The notes: generated by a model from the letters alone, not told the origin. 64,000 bases of DNA from Candidatus Micrarchaeota archaeon (GCA_028867435.1 JAGWGI010000002.1:700-64699), one strand, 5' to 3'. Positions 51,205 through 60,956 are shown, counted from the stretch's first letter. Made by a program: numbers and translations.

Positions 51205-53184
51205 ATGGTAAAGGAACTCAAGCTAATAATATTCGACCTTGAAAGGGTGATAGTCACCTCATGGCATGACTTTTACAAGTTCGTGCCAGACCTTCAGAAT
51301 GTTTCCCATGACAAATTGAAGGATATTTTGGACGGAGGAAAAAACACGCAGTTCAACAGGGGGGAGATAAGCGAGCAGGAATTCCTTGAGGCTATAAAGC
51401 AAAGTATAGGAACTACGACCTCAACAAAGCAGATAAAGAATGCCATAGAGGCGAGTGTCACGGAAATAGCTGGAATACGCTACATCGTTTCTGAACTGAA
51501 GGGCAAGTACAAGCTTGCGCTGCTATCCAACTTCCCAAAGGTGTGGTTCGACGAACTCAATACAAGGTTCGGACTTAGGAGACTCTTTGATGAGGTCTTT
51601 GTCTCTGGGTACACTGGAGTGAGGAAGCCTGACCCGAATGCCTACAAACAGGTGCTCTACCACTTCGGTATCAGCGGCGAGGAGACGCTTTTTATAGACG
51701 ACAAGGAGATGCACACAGAAGGCGCAAAGCAGCTTGGCATACAGACAATAGTGTTTAGGGACGTGGTTCAGCTCTCAGATGAGCTCAGGCACAGATTCGG
51801 GATAACTTTCAGCGAACCGCTGCATATCTTCAGGTCTTACGACGTACGTGGGATATTCAATCTGGATCTGAGTGAGAGGATAGCAGAAGACATTGGCAAA
51901 TCGCTAGGAACATATATAGGCATAGGCAAGACCATATCTGTCGCAAGGGACTACAGGAATGGAGGCGGCAGGCTGCACAGGGCGTTTGTGGAGGGTGTGC
52001 TATCGACTGGGGTCAATGTTGTCGACCACGACCACATACCCACCCCGATCTTTTATTTCTCCATAATACATGAAGGGCTTGATGGAGGCGCGATGATAAC
52101 AGCAAGCCACAACCCACCAATGTGGAACGGATTTAAGATGTGCGGGAAGGGAGCGGAGATGATATCTGAAGAGCACGGCATGGAAGAGCTCAGGGAGATA
52201 TTTGTAAACAAGAAGTTTAACTCTGGCCAGAAAGGGAAGCACTCCGCATACTCTAGGATAGTCGAAGACTACACGGAGCATGTGCTTGAGACAGTGAAGC
52301 TGTCAAGGAAGCTCAAGGTAGTGCTTGACCCCGGCAACGGCACGTGGTGCGGCATAGCAAAGAAGGTATTCGAAAAGCTGGGATGCGAAGTGATCGAAAT
52401 GAACGGGCATCCGAATGGCAGCTTCCCAGGGAGGGGGCCGGATCCAAACAATCTGATGCTCTCTGGCCTTAAGGCGGATGTGGTTAAACACAAGGCAGAC
52501 TTCGGAGCTGGATACGATGCAGACGGAGACAGGGCGAGTTTCATAGATGATACAGGTAATTATGTTGGTACTGCAGACAAGATTGTGCCGATCTTCGCAT
52601 CCTTCCTGCTATCCGACAAGGTGAAGGGCGGCAAGGTAATCTACGACGTGCCTTGCTCAACGGCGATAGAGGAGGTGATAAGGTCTCTTGACGGCATACC
52701 GATAATGAACAGGACCGGCCACTCGCACATAATGGCCAGAATGGTGGAGGAGAGTGCTATTCTTGGCGGGGAGTATAGCAACCATATTTATTTCCCGGAG
52801 AACTTCAATCTTGACGATGGCGCATTCGCCTCCATGAAGATGGCAGAGCTGCTCTCAAAGAAGGCGGAGTCGCTTTCTGCGCTCTCATCAAGGATACCTA
52901 GCTATCCGGCAATACCGATAAGGGAAGTTTACTGCCCAGACGACGCGAAGTTCGAGGTTGTCAAAGCGCTGCGCCCCAGGTTTGAGGCACTAGGATTTGA
53001 GAGGATAATAGACATCGATGGGGTAAAGGCATTCAATGATGATGGATGGGTTCTTGCAAGGGCGTCTAACACAATGCCCCAGATAAAGATAAATTCGGAG
53101 GGAAAGAGCGCTGATACTGCGCAGGAGCTCTTTGACATAGCAAATAGGATAGTGATTGAGGAAATCGCAAAGAGAATATCATGA
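51205..53184 (+). CDS. Fusion protein: HAD-superfamily phosphatase-like domain + phosphomannomutase/phosphoglucomutase
   Basis: HAD motifs 'LIIFDLERV' (DxE), 'LALLSN', 'VRKPD' and 'LFIDDKEMH'. Then PMM/PGM 'FRSYDVRG', the active-site 'TASHNPPMWNGFK', 'GAGYDADGDR' and 'GGEYSNH'. The first in-frame ATG is at 51205; alternatives are TTG 51187 and GTG 51199. Confidence 0.8.
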   Translation: MVKELKLIIFDLERVIVTSWHDFYKFVPDLQNVSHDKLKDILDGGKNTQFNRGEISEQEFLEAIKQSIGTTTSTKQIKNAIEASVTEIAGIRYIVSELKGKYKLALLSNFPKVWFDELNTRFGLRRLFDEVFVSGYTGVRKPDPNAYKQVLYHFGISGEETLFIDDKEMHTEGAKQLGIQTIVFRDVVQLSDELRHRFGITFSEPLHIFRSYDVRGIFNLDLSERIAEDIGKSLGTYIGIGKTISVARDYRNGGGRLHRAFVEGVLSTGVNVVDHDHIPTPIFYFSIIHEGLDGGAMITASHNPPMWNGFKMCGKGAEMISEEHGMEELREIFVNKKFNSGQKGKHSAYSRIVEDYTEHVLETVKLSRKLKVVLDPGNGTWCGIAKKVFEKLGCEVIEMNGHPNGSFPGRGPDPNNLMLSGLKADVVKHKADFGAGYDADGDRASFIDDTGNYVGTADKIVPIFASFLLSDKVKGGKVIYDVPCSTAIEEVIRSLDGIPIMNRTGHSHIMARMVEESAILGGEYSNHIYFPENFNLDDGAFASMKMAELLSKKAESLSALSSRIPSYPAIPIREVYCPDDAKFEVVKALRPRFEALGFERIIDIDGVKAFNDDGWVLARASNTMPQIKINSEGKSADTAQELFDIANRIVIEEIAKRIS

Positions 53185-53607
53185 TCAGAAGCTTATGCCG
53201 AAATCCTTCCTTAGGTTCAGACCAAGATTGTCGAGCACAGAATCGGCAAGCTGCGCCACCTTTGGCGACTGCCTCTCAGTTATGGTGCCCCTGAGCGCAT
53301 TCACAAGCGATAGGGCGAGCTCCAGGTAGAGCTCTGGGTAATTGGGCACGGTTTTGAGCAGCTCCTCGCCCAGATTTCCAATCTTGTAGTTGCCGTATTT
53401 GTCTAGATTGATAAGGTGGGTATTAACCATCTGGCCGAGAAGTTTACCGACCTCGATGCTTGAAAGGCCGGTTTTCTTGGTGATGTCAAGTGGATTTGTT
53501 CCGTTGCCTTTGCGCTGTTTTAGGTATACCAGTATGAACAATTTTTCTCCTCCCAGATTCTCAAGGTTGCGCCTTGGATCATTTGTATTGAATTTGCCTG
53601 GTGCCAT
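53185..53607 (-). CDS. Winged-helix transcriptional regulator-like protein
   Basis: 'ILVYLKQRKGNGTNPLDITKKTGLSSIEVGKLLGQMVNTHLINLDKYGNYKI' has a wHTH pattern. 140 aa. Confidence 0.5.
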   Translation of the reverse strand: MAPGKFNTNDPRRNLENLGGEKLFILVYLKQRKGNGTNPLDITKKTGLSSIEVGKLLGQMVNTHLINLDKYGNYKIGNLGEELLKTVPNYPELYLELALSLVNALRGTITERQSPKVAQLADSVLDNLGLNLRKDFGISF

Positions 53608-53747
53608 CTGCTCACTATTACTCTCAAAAACTGCTGATTCCCTTTGGGTTTTTCACGTTTATATACTCTCGCAGGATGTTTGTTTTTGTGGAATTTTGGA
53701 AAAGAGTATAAATATCTTCAGATGCCATAGCCAATAAAGTGCTATTT

Positions 53748-54713
53748 ATGGCCGTCCTTGACCTATCGTGGACTGAAAAGTACCGACCTTCTAGGCTTAG
53801 CGAGGTAATTGGGCAGAGCGCCATAGTAGACAGGCTGCAGACCTTTGTGGACGCCAAGAGCTTCCCCAACATGATATTTGCAGGCACTGCGGGAGTTGGA
53901 AAGACCACATCCGCAATCGCCATGGCAAAAGAGCTCTACGGCGAAAAGATAAACGAGGCGTTCCTCGAGCTAAATGCTTCGGACACCAGGGGGATAGATG
54001 TGATAAGGGGCAAGGTGAAGGAGTTCGCAAGGACAATCGCCCTATCCGGTGAGATGATAAAGATAATATTCCTTGACGAGGCCGACGCCCTAACCCCTGA
54101 GGCGCAGCATGCCCTTAGGAGAACCATGGAGAAGTACAGCGCAACCACAAGGTTCATACTCAGCGCCAACTACGCGAGCAAGATAATAGAGCCGATACAG
54201 AGCAGGTGCGTGGTGCTGCGCTTCAAGCCGCTAAGCGAGGAAGACATGAGAAAGTACATAAATAGGATAGAGGAAGGTGAGGGGCTCGAAGCAGACGAGA
54301 AGGCTACAGAGGCCCTGTTATACGTGAGCGAGGGAGACCTTAGAAAACTCACAAACATACTGCAGAGTGCGGGATTCAAGAGGAAGAAGGTAACTGACAA
54401 GGAGATTTACGACATCGCTGCAAGGGCAAGGCCAAAGGAGGTCGCGGTGATGCTCAGATACGCGCTGGGCGGCGACTTCATGAAGGCGAGAGAAGAGCTA
54501 AACAAGCTTGTGATCTCCTATGGCATGAGCGGTGAGGACATACTTTTGCAGTGCTACAGGGAGGCGATAAACATGGAGATAGCAGACAAGGTGAAGCTCA
54601 AGCTGGTCAGCTCGATCGGAGATTACAACTTCAGGATAGTTGAGGGGGCAAACGACCGCATACAGCTTGAGGCGATGCTTGCCAAGTTCGCGCTCCTTGA
54701 AAAGGAGAAATAG
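53748..54713 (+). CDS. rfcS: Replication factor C small subunit
   Basis: 'WTEKYRPSRLSEVIGQ', Walker A 'AGTAGVGKTT', Walker B 'IFLDEADAL' and the SRC motif 'IQSRCVVLRF'. The ATG at 53748 is preferred; a GTG at 53739 is possible. TATAAATA lies at 53707-53714. Confidence 0.9.
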   Translation: MAVLDLSWTEKYRPSRLSEVIGQSAIVDRLQTFVDAKSFPNMIFAGTAGVGKTTSAIAMAKELYGEKINEAFLELNASDTRGIDVIRGKVKEFARTIALSGEMIKIIFLDEADALTPEAQHALRRTMEKYSATTRFILSANYASKIIEPIQSRCVVLRFKPLSEEDMRKYINRIEEGEGLEADEKATEALLYVSEGDLRKLTNILQSAGFKRKKVTDKEIYDIAARARPKEVAVMLRYALGGDFMKAREELNKLVISYGMSGEDILLQCYREAINMEIADKVKLKLVSSIGDYNFRIVEGANDRIQLEAMLAKFALLEKEK

Positions 54714-54792
54714 AGCATAAGGAGCAAGGCAGCATATCAAATCTGTAAAATAGTTTTATGTAGAATCTGGTCTTAAAAGAAAAGTTGGCAAT

Positions 54793-55053
54793 ATGATAAA
54801 GAACACGCAGCTAGACCCCAAAATAATGGGGGACATAGAAGTCCTGAGCAAAAAAGGGTGGGGAGTTGACAAGATAGCTGGTGAACTAAATGATAGATAC
54901 AACACAAAATTCACCGGGGGAAATATCTCGGTCTACACCGATGTTATGCACGCTGAGGCGATGAGAAATGCACTCAGGAAAAAAGAGGAGCAAAAAATTG
55001 CAGGAGGCACAGCAGCAAAGCAGAAGCTGGAACTAAAGGAGGTTGTGCGCTAA
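54793..55053 (+). CDS. Small HTH-like protein (86 aa)
   Basis: 'IEVLSKKGWGVDKIAGELN' resembles a helix-turn-helix. A K/E-rich tail follows. Confidence 0.4.
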   Translation: MIKNTQLDPKIMGDIEVLSKKGWGVDKIAGELNDRYNTKFTGGNISVYTDVMHAEAMRNALRKKEEQKIAGGTAAKQKLELKEVVR

Positions 55054-55095
55054 CTTCTTTTAGTAGGAAGTGGCAAGTGAGAATAAAGCGGTTTT

Positions 55096-55326
55096 ATGGC
55101 AAAGAAGAAATTCCTGCCGCTAAACGAGCGGGAGATGCAGATAGTCGACGACCTTTCAAGGACGATGGGGGCACTGTTAATCAGAAAGCACACCGGAATA
55201 GAATATACCAGGGTCTTGCGCTATCTGGAGAAGAAGCGGGCGGAGCAGATGCAGGATGCGATGAGCAAGGGCTCCGGAGACGTTGATGTGTTTAGGCAGA
55301 TAAAGGATTCCTTTAGGCCCGCGTGA
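55096..55326 (+). CDS. Small HTH/wHTH-like protein (76 aa)
   Basis: 'NEREMQIVDDLSRTMGALLIRKHTGIEYTRVLRYLEKK'. It is co-oriented with the preceding small gene, which ends 43 nt upstream. Confidence 0.4.
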   Translation: MAKKKFLPLNEREMQIVDDLSRTMGALLIRKHTGIEYTRVLRYLEKKRAEQMQDAMSKGSGDVDVFRQIKDSFRPA

Positions 55327-55336
55327 AATCTGGAGG

Positions 55337-55903
55337 TTATCCCTTTCTCGAGAAGACCAGATATGCAGTGTGCCACAATCCGGTATTTGTAGGCCGCATG
55401 CCTTCCTTCCTGACAAGAATGTCCCTCACTATTACCTCCACAGTGTGCGTGTCTGTGAATTTGAGGCTGCCGAGCTTTGAGACGAATTTCTGGACCTGTT
55501 CGGCGTTTGGGAGATAGCCGACCACCATCCCCTCCTGCCTAAGCGCCCTCTTCGCCTTCGCGAGCGCCTTCTCAGAACCAGGCATGTCCAAGGTGACTAG
55601 GTCAACATCTTTCTCGTCGATATTTTTTGTTACGTCACCTTTCTTGAGCACCAGATTGTCGAGTCCGAGCATCTCTTTGTTCTTCTGGGCTATGGCAAGG
55701 AAGTCATCACGCAAATCGTAGCTGTAGACTGTGCTTGCAAGCCTTGCAAGTGAGACGGCAAGCCATCCGCTGCCTGTCCCAGCATCGACCACTACGCTGT
55801 TCTTGTTAACGCCGGTGTAGGCGATAATTATCCCAATGTCTTTTGGAAGGATTACTTGGGGCCCGCGCTTTAGCTTCCTGTACATTTTGGAATAGATGAA
55901 CAT
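55337..55903 (-). CDS. trmI: tRNA (adenine-N1)-methyltransferase TrmI (m1A57/58)
   Basis: 'RGPQVILPKDIGIIIAYTGV', SAM motif 'VVDAGTGSGWLAVSLA', 'DLVTLDMP' and 'MRPTNTGLWHTAYLVFSRK'. It is colinear with Pyrococcus TrmI as I remember it. Trimmed to ATG 55903, just after the topA stop. Confidence 0.85.
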   Translation of the reverse strand: MFIYSKMYRKLKRGPQVILPKDIGIIIAYTGVNKNSVVVDAGTGSGWLAVSLARLASTVYSYDLRDDFLAIAQKNKEMLGLDNLVLKKGDVTKNIDEKDVDLVTLDMPGSEKALAKAKRALRQEGMVVGYLPNAEQVQKFVSKLGSLKFTDTHTVEVIVRDILVRKEGMRPTNTGLWHTAYLVFSRKG

Positions 55904-55907
55904 TTTC

Positions 55908-58124
55908 TCACTTCTTCTTTTTGCCCTTCGCAACTTTAGGCTTTTCCTTTATCGCACTCCTTTTTCTTGCGACCCTCTTTGCAGCAGGCCTTGCCAAAGA
56001 GGCTGATGCCTCGACGGACTTTACCTGGGCAGCGGTTTTGACTTCTGGTGCTTCTTGTGGCTTGGGCTTGCCCCAGTCCTTCTTGGTCTCGCAGTTTGGA
56101 TCCAGATCCATCTCGAACGGACGCTTCCCCTTCCTGAAGACCTTGACGAATGGGGTATGGCACTTCTCGCACAATTTTTTGGTTGGCACTATCTTAGCAT
56201 ACTGTGGAAGCGGGTAGGTGACCGAGCAGCTGGGCCAGTTTGCGCACGAGACGAACTGCTTGCCTATCTTCGAGCGCTTTATCACTAGGTTGCCGCCGTC
56301 CTTTGGACACTTTCCCAGAACATCTGCCATCTCGCTCTGCTCCAGCCCTTTTGATAGGGCAGTGCCTATCTGCTTCTCGTTTGCCTTGAACTTTGCAATG
56401 AGCTTCTGGATTATCTCCTTGCCCTCATTTATGACATCCGCCTCTGCTATTGTCCCCTTCATTATCTTGTCCATGTCGGAATCAAGCTGCTTTGTGAGAT
56501 CCTCCTCCACAATATCAGGGCAATAGCTGTGAAGCGCATTGTAGACGCTGAGCCCGTAGTCTGTCACTTCTATGAACGCGCCCTTCACATAACCCCTTTT
56601 GAAAAGCGTCTCGATCACCTCCGCCCTTGTCGCCTTTGTCCCCAGCTCCTTTCTCTCAAGCAGCCCAATCAGGCTGGCTTTGGAGTATCTGGAGGGCGGC
56701 TTTGTCTGCGATTCTCTGGAGGAGATCTTTTCTGCCTTTATCTTCTCTGCTATCTCGAAGATGGGCATCTCGACGTCCTCGGCCCTGAAGTATGGTGCAT
56801 ACAGCTCGATCCACGCCTTATCCTTGTATAGCTTTCCCTGCGCAGAATACTTTTCGCCACCTGCACTTAGCACAACGGTGGTCAGCTCAGACTTCGCATA
56901 GTTCCCAAAACAGGCAAGGAATCTCTTCACGATCAAATCGTAGACATTCTGCTCCTCGGCACTCAGGCCCTTTGGTATCACTCCTGTTGGAAAGATTGCA
57001 GGGTGTGCTTCGTCAGTTTTGGCACCCTCGTTGGGACGGAACATTCTCGCATTGGTCAGATAGTCGGCGGACTTCTTGTACTTCTCGTTCTTTGCCAGAT
57101 CTGCAATTATTTTTGGGAGATTGAGTGTGTGTGGAAGCTTTTGGGAAGAGGTCCTTGGATATGAGGTGTATGCTTTTTCGTATAGCGACTGGGCTATTGC
57201 AAGGGTCCTTGACGGATCTATCTTGAACACCTTGCTTGCCTCAAGCTGCAGGGTGGTGAGGTCGAAAGGTGGATACGGCCTTATCAGATTCTCCTTCTTG
57301 TTAACGCCATCAACGGCTATGCTCGCCTGTTTTGTCGTCTCAAGCATTTTTTCCGCGGCCTCCCTCTCGAAGATGCTCCCCTTGGTGTTTGAGAACTCTA
57401 CACCTTTAGCCTTCAAAAAAAGCTGCCAGAGCGGCTTTGAGACAAAGTTTTTTATCTCGTTCTCCCTTTGCGCGACTATCGCAAGCGTCGGTCCCTGTAC
57501 CCTGCCTATGCTGATTATCTTCTTTATGCCTGTAGTCAGCAGGGCGTGCATCAGCGCCCTGCTCATGTTTATCCCCCACATCCAGTCCAGGCTGTGTCTT
57601 GCCTCTCCGGCGCAAAAGTTGCTAGCATCGAATCCAGATACGTTCTTGTAGGCCTGCAGGATGTCGGGCCTTGTAGTGGTCGAAAACCGCATCCTCTTTA
57701 CATCCTGCTCGCTTAGTGCCGAGTTGGCGTTTCCCGTGGTCACGAACTTGATTATGTTGGTGCCTATCACAGTGCCCTCTATGTCGTAGTCGCAGGCGTT
57801 TATGAACTCCGTGCACTTCTTGCCTATTATCTCGATGGTATCAAGATACTTCTTCGTGAAGTAAGATGACGGGTTCTGCTTGTAGGACGGCACCCACTCT
57901 ATGCCAAAAACCGGGAATCCCGAAGCTCCTTCCTTCTGCCTTATCGTGAATAGGTGCCCTGCAGCAGCGACTATGTAGAGTGTATCTGCGCCGCTGGCCA
58001 GTTCGTAGTACGGGACGCCATTTATGCTCTTTCTCGCAGGATACCCACTCTCGCTAAAAGCCATCGCTATGGTGAGCGCTACACTAGGCTTCTCTGCGAT
58101 TATCAGTTTGTTCATCGCTACCAA
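55908..58124 (-). CDS. topA: Type IA DNA topoisomerase (TopA / topoisomerase III-like)
   Basis: Toprim 'LIIAEKPSVA' and 'ACDYDIEGT', catalytic Tyr context 'AYTSYPRTSSQKL', C-terminal zinc ribbons 'CPKDGGNL...CANWPSC' and 'CEKCHTPF...DPNC', and a lysine-rich tail. Confidence 0.9.
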   Translation of the reverse strand: MVAMNKLIIAEKPSVALTIAMAFSESGYPARKSINGVPYYELASGADTLYIVAAAGHLFTIRQKEGASGFPVFGIEWVPSYKQNPSSYFTKKYLDTIEIIGKKCTEFINACDYDIEGTVIGTNIIKFVTTGNANSALSEQDVKRMRFSTTTRPDILQAYKNVSGFDASNFCAGEARHSLDWMWGINMSRALMHALLTTGIKKIISIGRVQGPTLAIVAQRENEIKNFVSKPLWQLFLKAKGVEFSNTKGSIFEREAAEKMLETTKQASIAVDGVNKKENLIRPYPPFDLTTLQLEASKVFKIDPSRTLAIAQSLYEKAYTSYPRTSSQKLPHTLNLPKIIADLAKNEKYKKSADYLTNARMFRPNEGAKTDEAHPAIFPTGVIPKGLSAEEQNVYDLIVKRFLACFGNYAKSELTTVVLSAGGEKYSAQGKLYKDKAWIELYAPYFRAEDVEMPIFEIAEKIKAEKISSRESQTKPPSRYSKASLIGLLERKELGTKATRAEVIETLFKRGYVKGAFIEVTDYGLSVYNALHSYCPDIVEEDLTKQLDSDMDKIMKGTIAEADVINEGKEIIQKLIAKFKANEKQIGTALSKGLEQSEMADVLGKCPKDGGNLVIKRSKIGKQFVSCANWPSCSVTYPLPQYAKIVPTKKLCEKCHTPFVKVFRKGKRPFEMDLDPNCETKKDWGKPKPQEAPEVKTAAQVKSVEASASLARPAAKRVARKRSAIKEKPKVAKGKKKK

Positions 58125-58127
58125 TTC

Positions 58128-58355
58128 CTATCTCTTCAGTTGCTTTTTTGACGGCTTGCCTGCAGCCCCCTCAAGCTTTGACATCAAGAAAATAGCATAA
58201 AAGGCTATGACAAATACGGCTGCCGCCATGCCGTAGAAGATTAGGCTACCTCTAAGGTATACAAACAGCGCGGCCGCCACGAAGCTCAGAACGATTACCG
58301 CAACTTCAAGCATGAAAATTGTGCGCTCGTTCTTTGGAATATCTACCATACCCAA
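58128..58355 (-). CDS. Small membrane protein (75 aa, 2 TM helices)
   Basis: 'IFMLEVAVIVLSFVAAALFVYL' and 'GMAAAVFVIAFYAIFLM'. It ends 4 nt before the topA start and is co-oriented with it. Confidence 0.4.
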   Translation of the reverse strand: MGMVDIPKNERTIFMLEVAVIVLSFVAAALFVYLRGSLIFYGMAAAVFVIAFYAIFLMSKLEGAAGKPSKKQLKR

Positions 58356-58424
58356 TCAAGTCAATATATCGGCAAAACTCTAAATAGTCTTCCAAGCGTA
58401 AAGGATTCTAAGGCTGGTGTATCC

Positions 58425-58784
58425 GTGCTAGGGCTCCTTTACATAGTATCTTTCACACTTGTAGCTGCGCTGCTCGCTGCCGCTGCGCAGTATTTGTTCA
58501 AGAGCTCGATAAAGGGCTTTAGCATAAGCTGGAGGGGAATCCTATCGCTAATTAGCAATCGGAAGGTGATTGCGGGCTTTGCAGTATACATCATAGCGCT
58601 CGGGGTGTACATACAGGCGCTAAGATACGGGGAGCTCTCGCTCATCTACCCGATCTTTGCCAGCGTATTTATCTTCGTGCTGCTGATTTCTAGATACAAG
58701 CTCAAAGAAAAGATGGGGTTCTTCAGGATTGCCGGCATAGGGCTCATAGTACTGGGCATAATACTCACGGCGCTGACTTTCTGA
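58425..58784 (+). CDS. EamA/SMR-like 4-TM half-transporter (ArnE/ArnF-like), subunit 1
   Basis: 119 aa with four TM helices. GTG start. It forms a tandem pair with the next gene, 8 nt apart. Confidence 0.55.
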   Translation: MLGLLYIVSFTLVAALLAAAAQYLFKSSIKGFSISWRGILSLISNRKVIAGFAVYIIALGVYIQALRYGELSLIYPIFASVFIFVLLISRYKLKEKMGFFRIAGIGLIVLGIILTALTF

Positions 58785-58791
58785 TGGTTTC

Positions 58792-59133
58792 ATGGCAGGG
58801 CAAAACAAAACATTGTTCGTTGCGATTCTGATAGTGAGCACATTTCTTGGGGCCGTAGGACAACTGCTCTTCAAGGTCGGCGTTAACTCGCAGGCTACAG
58901 TGCTGCTGCTCGCCTTCGTGATTGCAGGCTTTATGGTTTACATAATCTCAACTGTGCTCTACCTCTACACGCTCAGCAGGACGCACCTTAGCTGGGCGTA
59001 CGGCTTCGGGGGCCTAAGCTACATTTTCACCAGTATACTGGCGTATTTTGTCCTTGGCGAGGCAATACCTGCGCTCAGGTGGATAGGCGTTCTGGTGATT
59101 GTGGCAGGAGTCGCGCTGATAGGGCTGAGTTGA
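58792..59133 (+). CDS. EamA/SMR-like 4-TM half-transporter (ArnE/ArnF-like), subunit 2
   Basis: 113 aa with four TM helices. 'LSWAYGFGGLSYIFTSILAYFVLGE' is a typical EamA half-domain ending. Confidence 0.55.
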   Translation: MAGQNKTLFVAILIVSTFLGAVGQLLFKVGVNSQATVLLLAFVIAGFMVYIISTVLYLYTLSRTHLSWAYGFGGLSYIFTSILAYFVLGEAIPALRWIGVLVIVAGVALIGLS

Positions 59134-59200
59134 AGCGGACTGGAGACGAACCTTGTAGACTATCCTTAAATATCGCTTCTTCAGATTGCTATAGGGGGAG

Positions 59201-59722
59201 ATGATGGCAAAAGAGGTCGCCCAGAAAGTAAAGCTTGAGCCTGAGAAAAAGAGCATCGTGGAGAGGATGCGAGAGGAGATGGGACTCCAAAAGGGGAGGG
59301 CTGAGAAGAGGGCACTGTTCGAAAATAGGGGACAGAATTTTCAGCCAAAGGATTCGCTTGAGCAGTTCGGTTCTGCGCCGCTGATGCATGGAGAGGTGGA
59401 GGAGATAAAGCGCCAGCTTGTGCAGGGGAGCGGGGAGCTCTGCTGTGCGATAGCAGATAAGGCAGTAGATGAAAACAGGAACCTCCTCTCGCTTGAGTAC
59501 TGCAGGTGGATCCTTAGATATCCAGACGCCGACTTGAGGGAGACGGCTGCCAGTAGCAGGCTTTTGATGGGCGTACTGGCAATAGGCGACCCGGAATTTG
59601 TAAAGAGCCTGGTTAATGACAAGAACTACAGGATTCCACAGGCAGTGTGCGAAAACAGCGAGGTCCCAAACGGGCTGAGGTTTTGGATGAAGAAGACGAT
59701 GGCGAATCTGAATATGAGATAG
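59201..59722 (+). CDS. Hypothetical protein with HEAT/LRV-like repeats
   Basis: 'RYPDADLRETAASSRLL' and 'NDKNYRIPQAVCENSEVPNGL' resemble the leucine-rich-variant/HEAT repeat pattern (D.d..vR.avA.n...P). A GGGGGAG Shine-Dalgarno-like element precedes the ATG. Confidence 0.35.
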   Translation: MMAKEVAQKVKLEPEKKSIVERMREEMGLQKGRAEKRALFENRGQNFQPKDSLEQFGSAPLMHGEVEEIKRQLVQGSGELCCAIADKAVDENRNLLSLEYCRWILRYPDADLRETAASSRLLMGVLAIGDPEFVKSLVNDKNYRIPQAVCENSEVPNGLRFWMKKTMANLNMR

Positions 59723-60778
59723 CTATCTGGTAACCGAATATCCCTTTACTGTATCGTATAGTTCATGCGCAACCTTGTTTTTCTCAAAGTGCTCTCTTAT
59801 CGGCCTTATTTTTTCTTCCAATCCCGTAGCCACGAAGTTCTTAAGATCCATAGGGTGCAGCTTGCCCTCCGCGTATATCTTAGCCAGCTCATCAAAGCTA
59901 CCAGCTCTTATGTTGCCACCGAACTTCTGCGGCCTTTCTATAGTTATCGGCAGGGATTTGTCTTCGAGTATTAGCTTGTCGAGATAGTCGAACATTGGGT
60001 TGCCCTCGACCACCTTCTCTGGGCAGTAAGCCGAACTTATCTTGCTCCTTATCTCCGAGGGTGTATCGTGCACGCTTATCGAGTTCTTGGGGTCTGATTT
60101 TGACATCTTGTACTGCATCAGCTCGCCCTCGCCCTTTGTCTTGAGACCTTGCGGCATGCCCTTTAGACCAAGAAGCAGCGGGTGGCTAACCACTACCGGC
60201 ACCTTCCAGCTGTACTTCTTTGCAACCTCCCTTGCAAGCATGTTGGCCTTTCTCTGGTCGATTCCCAGCTGGCAGATGTCAACGTCAAGTTCGAACACAT
60301 CTGTTGCCTGCATGATCGGGTAGAATATCTGTCCAGCAGATACCGAGTCGCCTTCGACTCGTCCCATTATCGTTATCGCGCGCTTGACGCGATCAAGCGA
60401 TACCTCCTTTCCTATCTTCATCATCCGATCCCAGTAGGAGAAGCTTCCCATCATCTCCCTGTCTCTCACTATCTCTACACGCTTTGTGTCAACGCCTGCC
60501 GCCTTCCAGACCTCAACGAAGTACTCGCCAGCAGTCTCTATGTGATCTATGTCGCCGCCGAGCTTGTTGTTTAGGTACGCGAAGTAGTCGGCCAGATAGA
60601 GCTTGAAGTGGATTCCTATGTCAAGCATCTTCTTTATGTTGCGAGCCCGCATCAAGCCGAAGTGTATTCCAGCTAGTCCTGATGGCTCGAAGCCATCATA
60701 TGCCACCGGATGGTCCTTTACCTCGAAGAGCTTTGTGAGCTCCTCTTCGGTGACGATCTCAGTTGAGAAGCTCTTCAC
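59723..60778 (-). CDS. tyrS: Tyrosyl-tRNA synthetase (archaeal type)
   Basis: GTG start. 'VAYDGFEPSG', 'IFYPIMQATD', 'GIDQRKANMLAREV', 'KMSKS', 'AYCPEKVVEGNPM', 'RPQKFGG' and 'LHPMDLKN'. It is colinear with M. jannaschii TyrRS as I remember it. Confidence 0.9.
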   Translation of the reverse strand: MKSFSTEIVTEEELTKLFEVKDHPVAYDGFEPSGLAGIHFGLMRARNIKKMLDIGIHFKLYLADYFAYLNNKLGGDIDHIETAGEYFVEVWKAAGVDTKRVEIVRDREMMGSFSYWDRMMKIGKEVSLDRVKRAITIMGRVEGDSVSAGQIFYPIMQATDVFELDVDICQLGIDQRKANMLAREVAKKYSWKVPVVVSHPLLLGLKGMPQGLKTKGEGELMQYKMSKSDPKNSISVHDTPSEIRSKISSAYCPEKVVEGNPMFDYLDKLILEDKSLPITIERPQKFGGNIRAGSFDELAKIYAEGKLHPMDLKNFVATGLEEKIRPIREHFEKNKVAHELYDTVKGYSVTR

Positions 60779-60925
60779 TACCTTGATTTTTGCCTCGATG
60801 TCCAGTCAAGCACCGAAGTTATAGGCAGTCTAAAGGCTAAAAGTATTTTGTTACCCATTGACCCATTTCTGGCTCGGATAATGGATTTGGGGTTTGTATG
60901 CTTCGAAGGCTTTTGATGCGAAAGC

Positions 60926-60933
60926 TTTATAAA
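60926..60933. promoter_or_regulatory. Orphan palindromic TATA-like box TTTATAAA
   Basis: A strong TATA consensus about 150 nt upstream of tyrS and about 230 nt upstream of lonB, so too far to serve either as a leaderless promoter. It lies 25-30 nt upstream of the 11-bp inverted repeat. Confidence 0.3.
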
Positions 60934-60956
60934 GGTTTATGCTGTATTTATTCCTC

